Assembly: GCF_009914755.1 (NCBI RefSeq)
Contig: NC_060936.1
Origin: the human T2T-CHM13v2.0 reference genome, Homo sapiens
Length of the DNA: 64,000 nucleotides
Reading direction: 5' to 3' (one strand)
The position numbers and the translations under genes were made by a program. The notes below the pieces were generated by a model that made no database searches, had not been told where the DNA came from, and saw nothing but the letters and a program-made list of their open reading frames with translations. The first letter of the stretch is position 1. Every line of letters starts with the position of its first letter. This document shows, piece by piece, positions 43,325 to 57,999 of the stretch.

Positions 43325-45443
43325 GTATGCACTGTTATTTACATTAGTTTGTTTTAACTTTGTGGGATTATAATGGAGTAAACTATTTTGAAAATGTATT
43401 ATATTTCATTGGCATTCATGATATTTCCTTGATCATTTTAATGTAATTCTGGAGTAAAAAGATGAAATCAAGAAAAATAAAAAAAAACCCTCTAAAAATT
43501 AAAACTGATGTATTATTATAGAACATTTGGACTTGCCCATAGGAATGGTTTAAATTGAGTTAATTAAGTGCTACCAGTGTAAGCACTAAAGGAAAGATTT
43601 TAAAAATTGTCAGCAGATGATTTTATTGGGATACATGTCTGTTAGGAAATACTTGTGAGATGATGGATGAGTACTAAAGATCCTGTCACATATTTGCATG
43701 TTTATACCTGCAATGAGTTGATTTAGTATATTAAGTACATAGCCTTTTGGTGGTTATAAAGTTAATTAGTATGTTTGTATTGTTAGATTATTCTAGTAGG
43801 TTAGGAATGGATACTTTGTAAGTGGAAATTGTTAGCTGAAGGAGCACTGTCTTTTCCTTAATCCTTTTCAATGTGTGTTCATTTTATTGAAATATTTTAT
43901 AACCCAGTTATTTTTATGGAGCCAGTATAGTCTTGCAGGAAAATCTCTGGATTAGGAGTCAGGAGGCCTGAGCTCAAGTCCTGGAACTACCATCAAGGGA
44001 ATGCTGTGATTTTTTTTTTTTTTTTTTAAAGAATTTTACCTACTTTGGATTTGGTAAAAAGGGAATTATAAAAACCAGGGATTGTAATTAATGACCTTAA
44101 TAGGATGAATAAGATGTTAAGTATATATTCAGTGTTGTGAATTTCATGAAAGAATGGTGTGAGGTTTTTGTTAGGATCTTCTTCTCTTTTGCTGATCTTT
44201 AAAATCAGTCAATATGGAGTATAGACATACCTGTTTTCTCTATTTCATCTAAAACTGGTTTTTGTTTAAGCATGCTTGTATGCTTAATATTTTGGTTTTG
44301 TTGAGTGATTGAATCTTATTTATGTTACTGAAATGTAACATTTATTTTTGTTAAAATGCCTTCCATTTTGAGGAAAATGTATGTTTCAGATATCATCTGG
44401 CTTAGTTTATTGTTTAGAAGTTGTTATTTGAGGGTTACAGTCTGGCATAGTCTTCTTTATTTAAACCACACTTCATGTATTATTTAGGAAAAAAATACAG
44501 TGGATAGTGTTCTGTAGAATAACAGTATTACACTTTGTTATATTCATCAAATTGATTCCTTTCAGTACTGCATAGGTACAGGTTAACCAGTGTTACAATT
44601 TAATTGTAGTTATTAGGTTTTTCTTTCTTTCCATATCCTGCTGTATAAATAGGGAAGGTCTCTACCCTTGGTTATATAAAATATGTTCATTTTTCATAGT
44701 TGTAGAGAATAGCTACTGTATTCTGTGTCACTTAGCTCCTGTGTCAGATTACCCCTTTTAACTTCTCCTTAAGGGGTTGGCAACTCAGTGGAGAATACAC
44801 ATTGAAATTCTGGCTCTAATTTTTAGTAGAAAATTTGCTGTGACCTGGGCATCTAACAGACAGAAAACTCTGTGCTCTTACCTACAAACTCAGTATTCAG
44901 TAATTGTTCCAAAATAGGACGGCTTGTTAATTGAAAACTTGAGTTTTAGAAATTCTCTAAATATTGAAAGCTATTAACTCTAGGTAGTATATTATTCAAG
45001 ACAGATGAATCCTATTTCTTTGAATTAATCTCTAATTGGGTCTTGTGCTAATTAATTAAAAGAATTTGGTGTCTATATTTTTTAAAGACAAATATTTTTC
45101 CTACATAGATGGTTAAATGTGGTAAGTTAAGTTAAAATACTTAAATATAAAGTTTACAAGTGAAAATGTGATTAAGAATATATAAAATAAAAATATTGAC
45201 TAACAGTAGAGTTATCTGAATAAGGAAAAAATTTTTACTTGAAGTTAATAAGGCATGGGTACTGGGGGTGGTGAGTCATGATAGGAGTGGTAGGAGTTAA
45301 GACTGAAAAGCAGTTATTTAGAGGGAATATGAAAATGTCTGGTGTGTTATAGAAGATATGCCTATTGAACTGGAATGCTTGATCACTTAAATAGCATTTC
45401 TGCTTTTCACATCTTCTAAAATAATCTTGCCTTTGTCTTGTAG

Positions 45444-45522
45444 GCTGCGGAGACTTTTGATGGTGGAAGTGGTGAAACCCAAACAACATCTCCTGCTATT
45501 CCTTGGGCTGCCTTTCCTACAG
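45444..45522 (+). CDS. CCDC91: CCDC91 second coding exon, residues 11-36 AAETFDGGSGETQTTSPAIPWAAFPT plus 1 nt
   Basis: Acceptor ctttgtcttgtag; donor CAG|gtattg; continues in frame from the previous exon to give DDDDFGGFEAAETFD as in p56. Confidence 0.95.
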
Positions 45523-48500
45523 GTATTGGTATCCAGGAATTAGGGTTTTTTTTTTTTTTTTTCCCATGTAACATTTTTGGCAACTCTTTGAAACCCTATT
45601 TCTCAACTTTTTTACTTGTCCTTCACTGATCTGAAAAATGGAGTGATCCAGATTTACTCTTTAGGTTTTTAAAATAACAAATTGTGAATTACATAACACA
45701 TTTTGTGATGGTGACTTGAGGCTGATTCTAAAGATGATATCAGGAACATTAAATGAAATTAAAATACAATTTACATTTTTAAATTTATCTTAGTTTTTGG
45801 AAGGTGAGGTGCCCAATAACTTTTTTAGGTTGTCCAGTTCATTAAAGATTCCTTTTTATAGTCCAAAAATAATTTATCATCTCCAACATATTTAAATTTA
45901 GAAGTGTGTTTGCAATAAAATTACTTAAAAATATTGAAAATTAAAATTAAAAATTAAATACAAAAATAAATCCATTATTGAAAGATGTTTCTTGGAAGAC
46001 CTCATGTTTAATATTAATTTATGTCAAAAGAATATTTTGAGCTTTCAGAGTTTTCTGTTAAATCTGTTAAAGTTGGGAGAAGATGAAAGTATTTTCTTCA
46101 ACAGCTCTGCCTAGACCTCAAATGTTACAGTTATTTATTGTAAAATATTAATCAAGTGCTTATTATGCATTAGGCACTATGGGGATATAGAGATGTATGG
46201 AACATAGTCTAGTCCTTTACTTCAAGGGTAGATAAGGTAGGCACATGCATATTTGTAATATGAAATAGATTTGTCATTTGGGAAGAATGATGATTTTATC
46301 ATCCATTTATTTAGCAAATTCTTATTTTCATACCTGATCTGAGTCAAGTAGTAACCTGGCAGCTGGAAATATATGTATATGTTTATACAGTTGATCTGTT
46401 CTCTGAAGGGTGCATATAATTTCAATAGGCAGATATGGGAGAATGAGGAAAGATTTTGAAGGGAGAAAGATAAATGGAACAAAAGTGTAAATGAGAGAAA
46501 GGTGATGGCATTGTTAGGATGCTCATTTTTATTTGAGGGCTGTGTGTTATTTCCTTTGCTGGGAATTGTCTTTATTGCTTCTCATTGCTGTTCATTCCTA
46601 CCCCCTTATGATACTAACTCCTATGTTTTAAAAGTATTTCTTGCTTTAATTTTTTTTTCTGGGTCACCTTTCCAGCAAACCCTCCCATGTCTACGTGCAC
46701 CTATTATCTGACTTTCATGTTGGACAGCAAGTTTTGTGGGTTAGCCACTATGTCTGTTTGTCCTGTTGTTATATCTTAAATGTGGGGCATAGTATCTGGC
46801 TTATAGTTGGCTCTCAATAAGTATTTGGAGGATGAATAAAGAATAAAGTGAACAAGGGAACTAGTAACTGAATGAATTAACAGATTAGCATGGCATTGGA
46901 AATGGATAGGGAGAGCTGGGATAGTAGATGATATTTATATAATGGCTCAGGATTTTTAGTGTGCTGTCATGCATTTGTTTATTGTAAAGTAGGCAGAGCA
47001 ACTATACTCTTTCCATTGTGTGGATGACAAAATGGTTTTAAAAAGTTTTATCATTTGATACACATAACTGTGTTTAGGGATGAAGTGTATTCTTTCAGAT
47101 TCTATTTCAGTTCTTTTTCAATAACTCAGGTTTTTTGAAAAGAGTTATCAGCAGGACTGTCTGGATGTGACAGTGAAGGAGGAGTTAAAATTGATTTTTG
47201 AGGTTTCAAGTCTTGGTTCTGAAAGAATGGTGTTACCATGAACAGAAATAGAGAATTTGAGACTTGGATTTGGACAGATGGAGCCTTAATGAATTAATGT
47301 TAGACATGTATAATATATTTAAGGAACCTGAAACTCAGAAGAAAGGTTAGGGCTGGAGTTCTTGGTTTAGGAGTTTTCCCATTGATAATGACACTTAAAG
47401 TTGTAGGAGATTGCTGGGAGGAAGAGTACATAGATAGAATAAGGCTGAGTAGATTAATTTGGATGTTTAAAGGTGTGGAATAGGAGGAGGTAAAAGAGAT
47501 CTGAGAAGTAAGGGGATTGTGGGCTAGTGCTGCAACACAGAAATTAGAAGTAGAAAATTTCAAAGAAGCTATGGGCACTGATGCCAAAGGCATTAGAGAG
47601 GTCAATGAGATTGGAGGCTGAGAAAAAAACCATAGATGGTCATAAGTGGCTTTTGAGGAAATGATTTCAGTAGACTGGAAGTTTAAGGCAAATTGTACTT
47701 CTTTACTTTTTATGAAAGCATGAACAGAGTCTCTTTTCTTATAATAAAACTGTGGCAAAGTACTAAAAAATTGTATATTATGAGCAAATTATCTAATTCC
47801 CCTTCTCTAGGAGTGAATATTATATGTCACATCTGCACGTCTGTGTATTAGTGGGTCAAGTTCTCAAACCTTCGCGAAACTGGAATTAAAGGACAAATCA
47901 TCTGGCACACACACACATGCACACACTCACACTCACACACTCTTTTTTCCCTCACTCCCTTTGAAAAATTAGATCTGAAGAATTAACTCTTTCTAGATTT
48001 TCTCAGTGACTTGCAGAAATGGAGAATAACAAACATGGCTAAGGGCTGAAGTTAAAGACATGGTGCATGTTTGCTCAGCCAAAGCTATCTTTTTCCTTTG
48101 TTAGTTGTCTTCCTCTGACTGGAGAAGTCTGCCTCTTGATTCAGGTAGCTGGAAGTTGTTTAGGTGAGTGTGATGTGAACAGCTTACGTAGCTAACAATG
48201 TAATCATTTCCACAGTAAAGACCTGAGAAGATAGGAACCCCTTAAGAGATCTAAGGCAGATTCTTTTCAGTTGAAGAAAAGACTAATTTTCTCCTTTTTT
48301 CCCACCTACCTGTATCTTAGCTGTCTATAATCCATATGGAAAATATTTTAAAAAGACATGATGATTAACCAAGCTTTACCACAGCTTAAAATCCAAGAAG
48401 AGCACTAAGAAACATTTGGATTACATTTTTAAAGTTTTTTGGGGAAAATAAAAATCTTCATTCTTGGGGTTAGGATAAAGGATTTTGTTAAGTAAAGAAT

Positions 48501-49317
48501 GAGGTGGGTTTGGTGAGCCTAGTGATTCTACTGCTTCAGGACAGGCCAGTAGGTGGAGGAGGATTTCATAATAGCAACTGGGATAATAATGTATTTCTTA
48601 AAGTGTCTGTATAGCCTGCAGTTCTGTCAATGGGTTGAGGTGCCTCAAGACATGCATCTTACTGTATGTTAGCATTATTTACATAGTGAACTCTTAAAAT
48701 GCTAGCTTATAGGCAATGTTGATGAAATTAATGAATTGTCAGTAAGAATAAATGAAATGTGCATGCTGATGCTTTATACAAAGTATTATCTCTAGGCCTG
48801 TATCTCCTTAAGTTATGATATCTAACCTGTAAAATGTGTCTTTACACCCTTATTGTCATAGGAATTGCAGAATGTAAATACGAGATGAATGAATATGAAA
48901 TTATCAAGCTCTTTTCCTAATTCCTTTACTCTCCATAAACATTTAGAAATTATTACTTTATTTTAGTGAAAGCTACCCAAGGAGAAGAACTGCCTTTCTT
49001 TAAGCATTTTCCTCTCTGTTTCATAGCCTAACCCTCCACATTGCCTTCCATGCTATTCTGCTTGAAGCCTGTAAGCCAAACTGTGATACACATAGTGTTC
49101 CCATTGTCTGTTCCTATATTTTTGTCATTGCTCCTGATTGTATTACTTACCTCATCTTCCATCCACTTACTTGAGTCTTATTTTTCTTTCAAGAGAAAGT
49201 ATGGAGCTATCACTGAATTTGTTCTGCATCTCATTAACTGCTACTTCTTTTGAGTTTACCGTTCTTTTACTTCTGTACCAGTTGTTTGGTCCTTAGCATA
49301 TGCTAATTTGTATTTTT

Positions 49318-49738
49318 AAAATTTGTGGTAAAACACATAAAACATAAAATTTACCATCTTAACTATTTTTAAGTGTACAGTTCAGTATTGTATATGTAAA
49401 ACCGAAACTCCGTATCCAGCAAACAACTCCCCATTGCCCCCTTCCCTCAGCCTCTGGCGACTAGGATCCTATTTTCTATGAATTTGACTATTCTAGATAC
49501 TTTATAAAGTAAAATCATACAGTATTTGTCATTTTGTAACTGGCTTATTTTACTTAGAATAATGTTCTCAAGGTTCATCCATGTGGTAGCATGTATCAGA
49601 ATTTCCTTCCTTTTTAAGCCTGAATAATATTCCATTGCCTATATAGACCACATTTTGTTTATCTGTTCATTTGTTTATGGACACTGGGTTGCTTCTACCT
49701 TTGACTATTGCAAATAATGCTGCTATAAACATGGGTGT
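49318..49738 (-). mobile_element. 5'-truncated L1MA/MB 3' end with flanking direct repeat
   Basis: ORF 49447-49635 MEYYSGLKRKEILIHATTWMNLENI; ctaatttgtatttttaaa at 49303 and 49739. Confidence 0.85.
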
Positions 49739-50391
49739 CTAATTTGTATTTTTAAATATTTTATAAGTATGACTCCCATCTCTTTATGTCTATGTTAGTC
49801 TGAGATTTGGAGGGTAGTGACTGTGTTTTAAACCTGTTGAATCCTTGGTGTCTAGCATAGCACTGTGCCTTTTTAATAAACAATGTGTAGTAATTATTTC
49901 TTGATGAGTAGAGCAGATTTACTTTGTTAACTCTTCTTGATTATTTTTAATTCTTTGGGGATAATTAGTCTTTCTATCATAAGTTGAAAGAAGGCAAAAC
50001 CAAACTTGCCTTCAAAAATATATTAATCTCAGAAATCTTAGCTAATTACTCAAAGGCAGCTAAAAAGCTGTTTTTTTTTTTTGGTGCTCAATTAACTTTC
50101 CTGGTCATTCTCAATGCAAACATATGACCTGGAAATCATGATTAACAAGAGCAGTCACAGATTTTCTGAAAGAAACAACAGCTATTTTGGTGACCTTTTC
50201 TCATCTCTTCCCTGGTCCTGCTGTATGCCAGTAGGTAACAATAGAGACTAGACTAAATTTTAGTTTAATATATTACAGGTCTAGAAGGAATAAGAGTAGT
50301 ATGTAGTTCTTTTGCCTTCTTTTTTTCTAACTTACTTTTCTAAACATTTGTTTCCAAAGAAAAATCATCTCCAACTTTGCAGAGCATCTAA

Positions 50392-50754
<363 letters not shown>

Positions 50755-50899
50755 AATAATTTTTTTTGGCTAAGAAATCTCTTTTAAAAGAAATTATTCA
50801 CAAGTAACTGTCTTTTATAAATGTTCATAAGGCTAGTAATGCTCTACTTTTTAGTAAACTAATAAGAGCAGAGACTTTTCAAAATGAATGGCTATCTTC

Positions 50900-50972
50900 T
50901 TATATATAAATATGTATGTATATATGTATATATATGTGTATAAGAATATAGGCGCATATATATATGTCTGTC

Positions 50973-51024
<52 letters not shown>
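50900..51024. repeat. Compound (TA/TG) tract ending in (TG)24
   Basis: Directly visible. Confidence 0.9.
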
Positions 51025-51027
<3 letters not shown>

Positions 51028-54000
51028 TCTGATTTCTTCCTTTTCCCCCTCCAATGTAAATTCTTTACCTGTACTGATTTGAAAGGACTGTATCATGACT
51101 TGACCTTGCAATTTCTAAGAAGTTAGTCTTAGTTTGGTATTACTACATGTATTTTATTTTATTTTCTCATTGTAGCGGACTCAAAGTTTCAGAATCCATA
51201 GAGTTTATTTAAATTAATTCTTTGGTTTGTTTGTTCATTTGTTTATTCATTCACTCACTTAGCATATATTTGAAAATTTACTGTGTTTCAGACACCAAAT
51301 GCCATGACCCGTGCACCTTATTTCATTTTCAGTGATGCCATATAAAGGCTGTCATCTAAAAGGACAGGATGTCTCATGAAATGTGTTGTTAATATTGGCA
51401 AACACTTTCATCAGTAACTTTAAGTTCAAATCTTTGATAGCAGCTACATGAAAAGAATATTATGTCAGAAAGTGTTGTCATGTTGCCATTGTGTACAATG
51501 TGGGTGGTGCTGTTTTAGAGGCAAAGAACTGTTCACTTTTTATGTTTAACTGTATAAATATAAATTGTCTAGAAGGCGAAGTGGGAGGCAAAACCTTGAA
51601 TAGTGTCCTTTCTAATATGTTTCTAAGTTCCTTGTAGCACTACACAGACCACATTAGAATGCATTGACCATCAAAGGGAAAAACAAGCTATCCAGATAGA
51701 TACTTTAATCCAAATTAGCTCCTTCCAAACAGCTTATATAGAGGGCAAACTAAACTGTCACAAGCTGACCCTTTAGAAGGAATAATGGGAATTGGACCAG
51801 CAGATGTTGAACCAAATAAGTTAGATGTGGTTCACTTTGCATCTGGAGCTATTTGCATACAAAGCCAACAGGAAAGTTCAAACATTTTTCTCAAGACATT
51901 GGCAGAGAGAAACCTGGAAGACAGATGCCTTTTGGATTTCATGGTTCAATTTTTCCATTCTCCATTCTGTCCAGGAAAACCTAGGACAACAGATCGGTCA
52001 TTTTATTAATATCCCATTACTCTCCTTACTAACCCTGTTTTTCCAGTAGAATCTGTGTTACATATCTATGAGAGCTCAGAACCTGAGTCCACAAATTTTT
52101 GTTTGAGGAAAAATTGTCTCAATATTTTTCTTCAGATTAATCTGTAGTTTGTACCTAGTAATAATGAATGTTAATCAAATTCATTTGTCTGATTTATATT
52201 TGAGGTAAAATTTGAAGGTGACTTATTACATAGTCACATATGTGCATTATGGTAGGCAGTATAGGTAATGCTTAAAAACTTTCCGTCTGTCTTTGTATTT
52301 ACATTAGACATTTTTGTCAGGACATAAACCAGATTTCTGTTGAAGTCTAATAATTTTGTAGTGCCTTTACACAGATTATTTGAATAGAAATTTGTCACAT
52401 ATCTTCTTTTTGCTACATCTTGTATTTTCTGTTTAACTCCTAGGTTATTAACTCACCTTCTTTTACTCTGGAGCCAGTTTTTAAAAATGACGCCTAAAAT
52501 GATAGCTTCTATAAAGCTGTGAATTATTACTGTACATATAAATACTAGTCTTGATGTGGGTTTTCAGTAATTTATTGCAGTTCATGTTTTTATTAATGCA
52601 TATGATAGGAAGTATACAGTGATATTTGCTATGCTTCTGAAGATTAGGTTTATTATAGTGTGGATTAGAGTCAAATATCCGTGTTGTGGAGTGAGGATTT
52701 CTGTCTTTGCCTTCAGCTAACTATGTAACTTCTGTGAATCTCAATTAGCAAATCTATAAATTGAAAGACTAGATGATATCTAAACAATTCTTTGAGATTT
52801 TGAATTCTCAGTTTAGTATTTTATTTTCTGGTCATAGTGTCTGTAACATGAATAGCTTTTACTAGGTGAATTATGGTGCCTGGTTTAACTGTGTGGTATA
52901 ACTGACAGTACTAATCTAATAAATTACGGTGGTTCTAAAAACATAGAACACAAATATTAATGTGAAGAACTATAATTCTTAAGAGAAACCTTGTCTTTTT
53001 CGGTATCTTTTAACAATCAATTACTGTTCACATTGCTTTTTCTAACAGTATTTTATGGTACCTGCTTTATCTGTTCTATCTGAATCTGAATTTGCTTTTT
53101 AAGGACTGTGGTGTGCATTTTAGGATATTTTAGGATATATTTAGAGAAAAGTAAAATAGTTTGAAAATAGTGCTATAGGGATTTTCTGATACTGCTAAAA
53201 AATGAAGGTTTGGCAATGAGTATTTTTTCTATAATATGAAGATAGTGCTCTGACTCTTTATAATCCTAAGTTAGCGCCCCCCGCCCCACCAAAAAAAACC
53301 ACTGGAAATAAAACAAAATTTAGATTCCATTTAGCTCAGAAACAGTAGGAATCATTGCCTACCATTCTTATACCAGTATATACAATTCTCATCAGCTATC
53401 CATCCTGAATTACATTTTTTGGCCTCAGAAAAGATACTTTTTATTGTTTTTGAGAGACACACGTATGTACATATATATATATAGTATAAGGGTATGAAAG
53501 AAAAGGGAAATAATGCAAAAGATATACAGTGAAAAATTTTTCTTTTATCTTAGTTCTCTAGTCTCACTTCTGATGCATATAGTTTTATAAATTCTTTTTT
53601 AACCATCCCAATATCTTCCAGGCATGTACAATTGTGTCGTGTCTATTTTTTTAAATAGAGATGACAGTGTATTATATATACATAGTAATACTCCTTGCTT
53701 TTTTTTCCACAATAATTTGGAGACCTTTCTGTGGAAGTACTTATAGATTTTCCAAATTCATTTTAGTGGTCGCATAGTACTGTTTTTTAAGGATATATTA
53801 TTATTAATGTAACTAGTTATTTTCACTTCAGTTCTTGCCGTTACAAACAGACCTGTAGTGAATATTCTTGTATTTTCAGCAAAGCTATTTTAATTAGGAT
53901 GATAATGTATATTGTTTCTGTGACTTGAAAGATTATTTAAAATTAACAGTTTACTTACTAATTTTACTAATATAAACATAGAACAAGACATGCTCTTTGA

Positions 54001-54034
54001 CTCTGAACAGTGTCAAAATTTATATTTGAGGTCA

Positions 54035-54741
<707 letters not shown>

Positions 54742-57700
54742 GGATTATATTTATATAATAGAACACCATACACCTGGAAAATTAACAAACTATAGCTACA
54801 TATTAACAACATGGAAGAATCTCATGACCATCTGTACTGTTCTCAGAGTACCTTTAAGAGATCAGTAGGAAGCCTTAAACTGACAGACTGTTCTATAATG
54901 TTAGATTCTATAACACCACATTTTCATAGAATCTGTGAAGTCTAGAATATCAGTCTCCCCTTTGGTTCTGGAATTATTCTTGTTCGTTAGAATGAGGGCT
55001 CCATTATTTTGGCCACAGAGCTATATCCAGGACTGCTTCAGAGCAAGCCCCGTGTCTGAATCTTCAGAGGGTAGAAGTCATCATCCTGTTTACTCAGTAG
55101 GGATGGCATGGGGAAGGGAGGAGGGAGTAGATTTTACCTAAAATCTACTGTGGATGAATAGTGCAATATGAGACTAAGAAAAATTTTTGAATCTGACCTC
55201 AAGTGTCTGGTATGGAGGTCACAGACTAAGACTGGACCTGAATCAAACAGAATAACCTCCATCACTCACTTCCTCCCTCCCTTTACCCCTGAGATTCTTG
55301 TATTGGACTCTTGGGCCTAGCTGTAGCTGGAAACAGTAAATGCTTTTGCTGTATGAATTTTCAAGTGGCCAGACAGGGTTGAGGGACCCACAGGAACATG
55401 AGACTTACAGGACAAGTACAACCAGAGGTTCTGACAGATATGCCCTATGCACATTTGGCTTGATGTCTCTGTACTGATGCCCGTAATGAATACTGTTGTT
55501 GCTAATGTGTATTTTAAATGAACTTATACTTTGTATTTACTCAGGTTGAGTTTTCATGTATTTCCTCCCTCTTTTTAAAGGTTGGGCATTTGAGCTTCTT
55601 AAACGGTGTCTCTAATTCTTGGTGGTATTCTCCTCTGTATTTGTGGTACTTCCTCTTTGTGGCAGGCGGAGTGGGAGGGTACCATGATTTCTTGAGATTC
55701 TGGAATCTTCCAACCCCTTTTTGTGCCCATTCTCTCCTTGTGATTATCTATTCCATATCCCACCCATCAGCAATTTCTGTAGTTTCTAAGTTCATTCAAA
55801 CCAGGGATGTTTTCAGTTCTCTCTACTTCCTTGGTCACTATCTCAGTCAAAAGCCACCATCATATCTTTCTTAGATGACTTAAGCACCTTTTTTTCCTGC
55901 ATCCACTCTCAGTGTCTGCTCCCCCCAACCAACCCTGCCACCCATGACTCCATTATTTTAAGTGGCACCAGAGAGGGCTGGGACACAGTGAATGATCAGT
56001 AAATGTTACCTGTTTGTGACATTTGATTTTAAAGTTTAGAAATGTGTAGGATTTATGTTTTCATTTGTTGTGGATTCCTGAATATCAATAAAACATGATT
56101 TGATTATAATTTTGGAGGTTGTAATTTTGACTTATGATATTCCTCTGAATATTTTGTTGTAATTCCTTTGTTGGGCACTAAAGATTTGTACCTGTTATTA
56201 GGAATCTCCTGAATAAATTTTACAAACTAATTGCAGTTATAAAATCCTCCATGATTTGGGTATTGCTGTTGTGCCTAATCAAAGTTTTTTTTAGTCCCAA
56301 TTCTGATTTTTGTATTAATTTACATGATTATATTGGCTTGCAGCTAGTATGCATTAATTTTTTTCCTTATTAAAGCATTGCTGAGGTGATAATCATTTTT
56401 AATAATGATTTAATTAATAAAAATGTTTAATAATGATTTAATAATTTCATTAATAATGAAAATTTCCTACATTTACATTAAAACGGAAAATCTTCTAGAT
56501 TTGTTTTTTTTGGAGTGACTGTGTTAAAGGCTAGTTTTATTGTGGACCTCCTCAGATAGATTGTTTTAGTTAATGGACCTTCCCAAGTAATTTTAGAATA
56601 AATCACAGAGACTGCCTAAAGTACTTAGAACACAAAGATGTTTAGAGATATACTTTAGAACTGTGAATCAATAGGGAAGGTATTACTTAAACTTAATCCT
56701 ATAGAAAGTTTGCTAAAGATATGAAGAGTTTGATCATTTTGTATCTGTCAAGTCTGAGGCCATAGAAAAGTGGATAAAAGGTGATTTAGCTGGTTTGGAG
56801 GAAACTTTAATTCAATGTGGCTGACAATACAGCGTTGACAAAATACTGTAATCAAATATTACACACAATTTGATTATTAAGAAATGCTTTAGTTATGTAA
56901 ATCAACTGTTACTTTTCTTCATCTCTTAAAAATTTACGAACACAATGTTAATTTTATTTCAAGGAAACATTTGCTGATAGAATTGTACATTAAATGTGCG
57001 AATAAACATTTACTCAACTCATCAATCCATTAGGTTCCTAAAGGAGCAACCTTAAAGTAATTTCAACCCTTGGTCTTATAATCTAAACACAAGTATTTTG
57101 CGTCGATGGAATATGTTTGATTAAATTTGTGAAATTTACTTCTCCTGATTTTTTAAAAGACAAACTAGATTCTCATTGGTTATGATCCTGCTTGACGTTA
57201 GGAAGTAAGACTGTTTACGTTCAACCTTCTATTGTTTGATTTCTCCCCCATTCAACAAATTATTGTATATCAAGCACAGGTGAGACAATGGGGAACAAAC
57301 AAGACAAACAAGATGTTTGCCTTCCTGGCTTTTGCAAACTAGTAAGGTACACCGAAATTAAATAATTATTCAGATTCTTACTTAATTATGACTAGGATAC
57401 ACTTTTAAGGGGAGATATGGAGTGCCAGCATAGCGTGTAATAAAGGGATAGAGAGAGTGAGGTAGGTACCGCATTATAGCTAGGAAGAATATCAGATACA
57501 GGCAGTGTTTGAGTTCAACTCAGGATTAGCAAGGCAAACGCCTATGATGTTAAGGGAGGCAGGGCTTACAAAAAGCTTTACAGCAGAGACAGAGGGAAAC
57601 AGAGAGCATGTTTTCAAGTGTTAACTTTTGGCAATGTAGATACACTGTCAATTTTATATTTGTTTTCTGATTAATTTCTCTTTCATGATCATTATTTTCT

Positions 57701-57935
57701 ATTGTCTATTTTATTGTTTATTATATTTTTCCTAATTTTGTAAATTTTATGCTTATCTTACTACTTTTAACCTTTCTTTTCAGACAGAAGTATTCCAGGC
57801 TATGATTTTCCCTCTGATTACTGCTTTAACTGTATCTTGCCAATTTTATTTTTAAATTACAATTTTCAGATTAAGTGATACTTGAATTTTTTAAAAAGTA
57901 TTTCGTAATTTCCAAGTATGGGGCTTTTCCAGTTG

Positions 57936-57999
57936 TTTTTATTGTTATTGTTTTCTAATTTGATTGCTTTTTATTGTTATTGTTTTCTAATTTGATTGC
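57936..57999. repeat. Perfect 32-bp tandem duplication
   Basis: tttttattgttattgttttctaatttgattgc twice. Confidence 0.95.

Noticed and set aside
50851-51111. ORFs with HTHT/CVCV repeats
   Set aside because: Translation of the (TG)n microsatellite
51851-51858. Octamer ATTTGCAT, with a nearby ATCAAAG TCF-like site at about 51670
   Set aside because: The octamer occurs several times in this AT-rich window, as expected by chance; no enhancer can be inferred from sequence alone
53273-53290. Isolated GC box gcgccccccgccccacc
   Set aside because: Single motif with no CpG island or other promoter features
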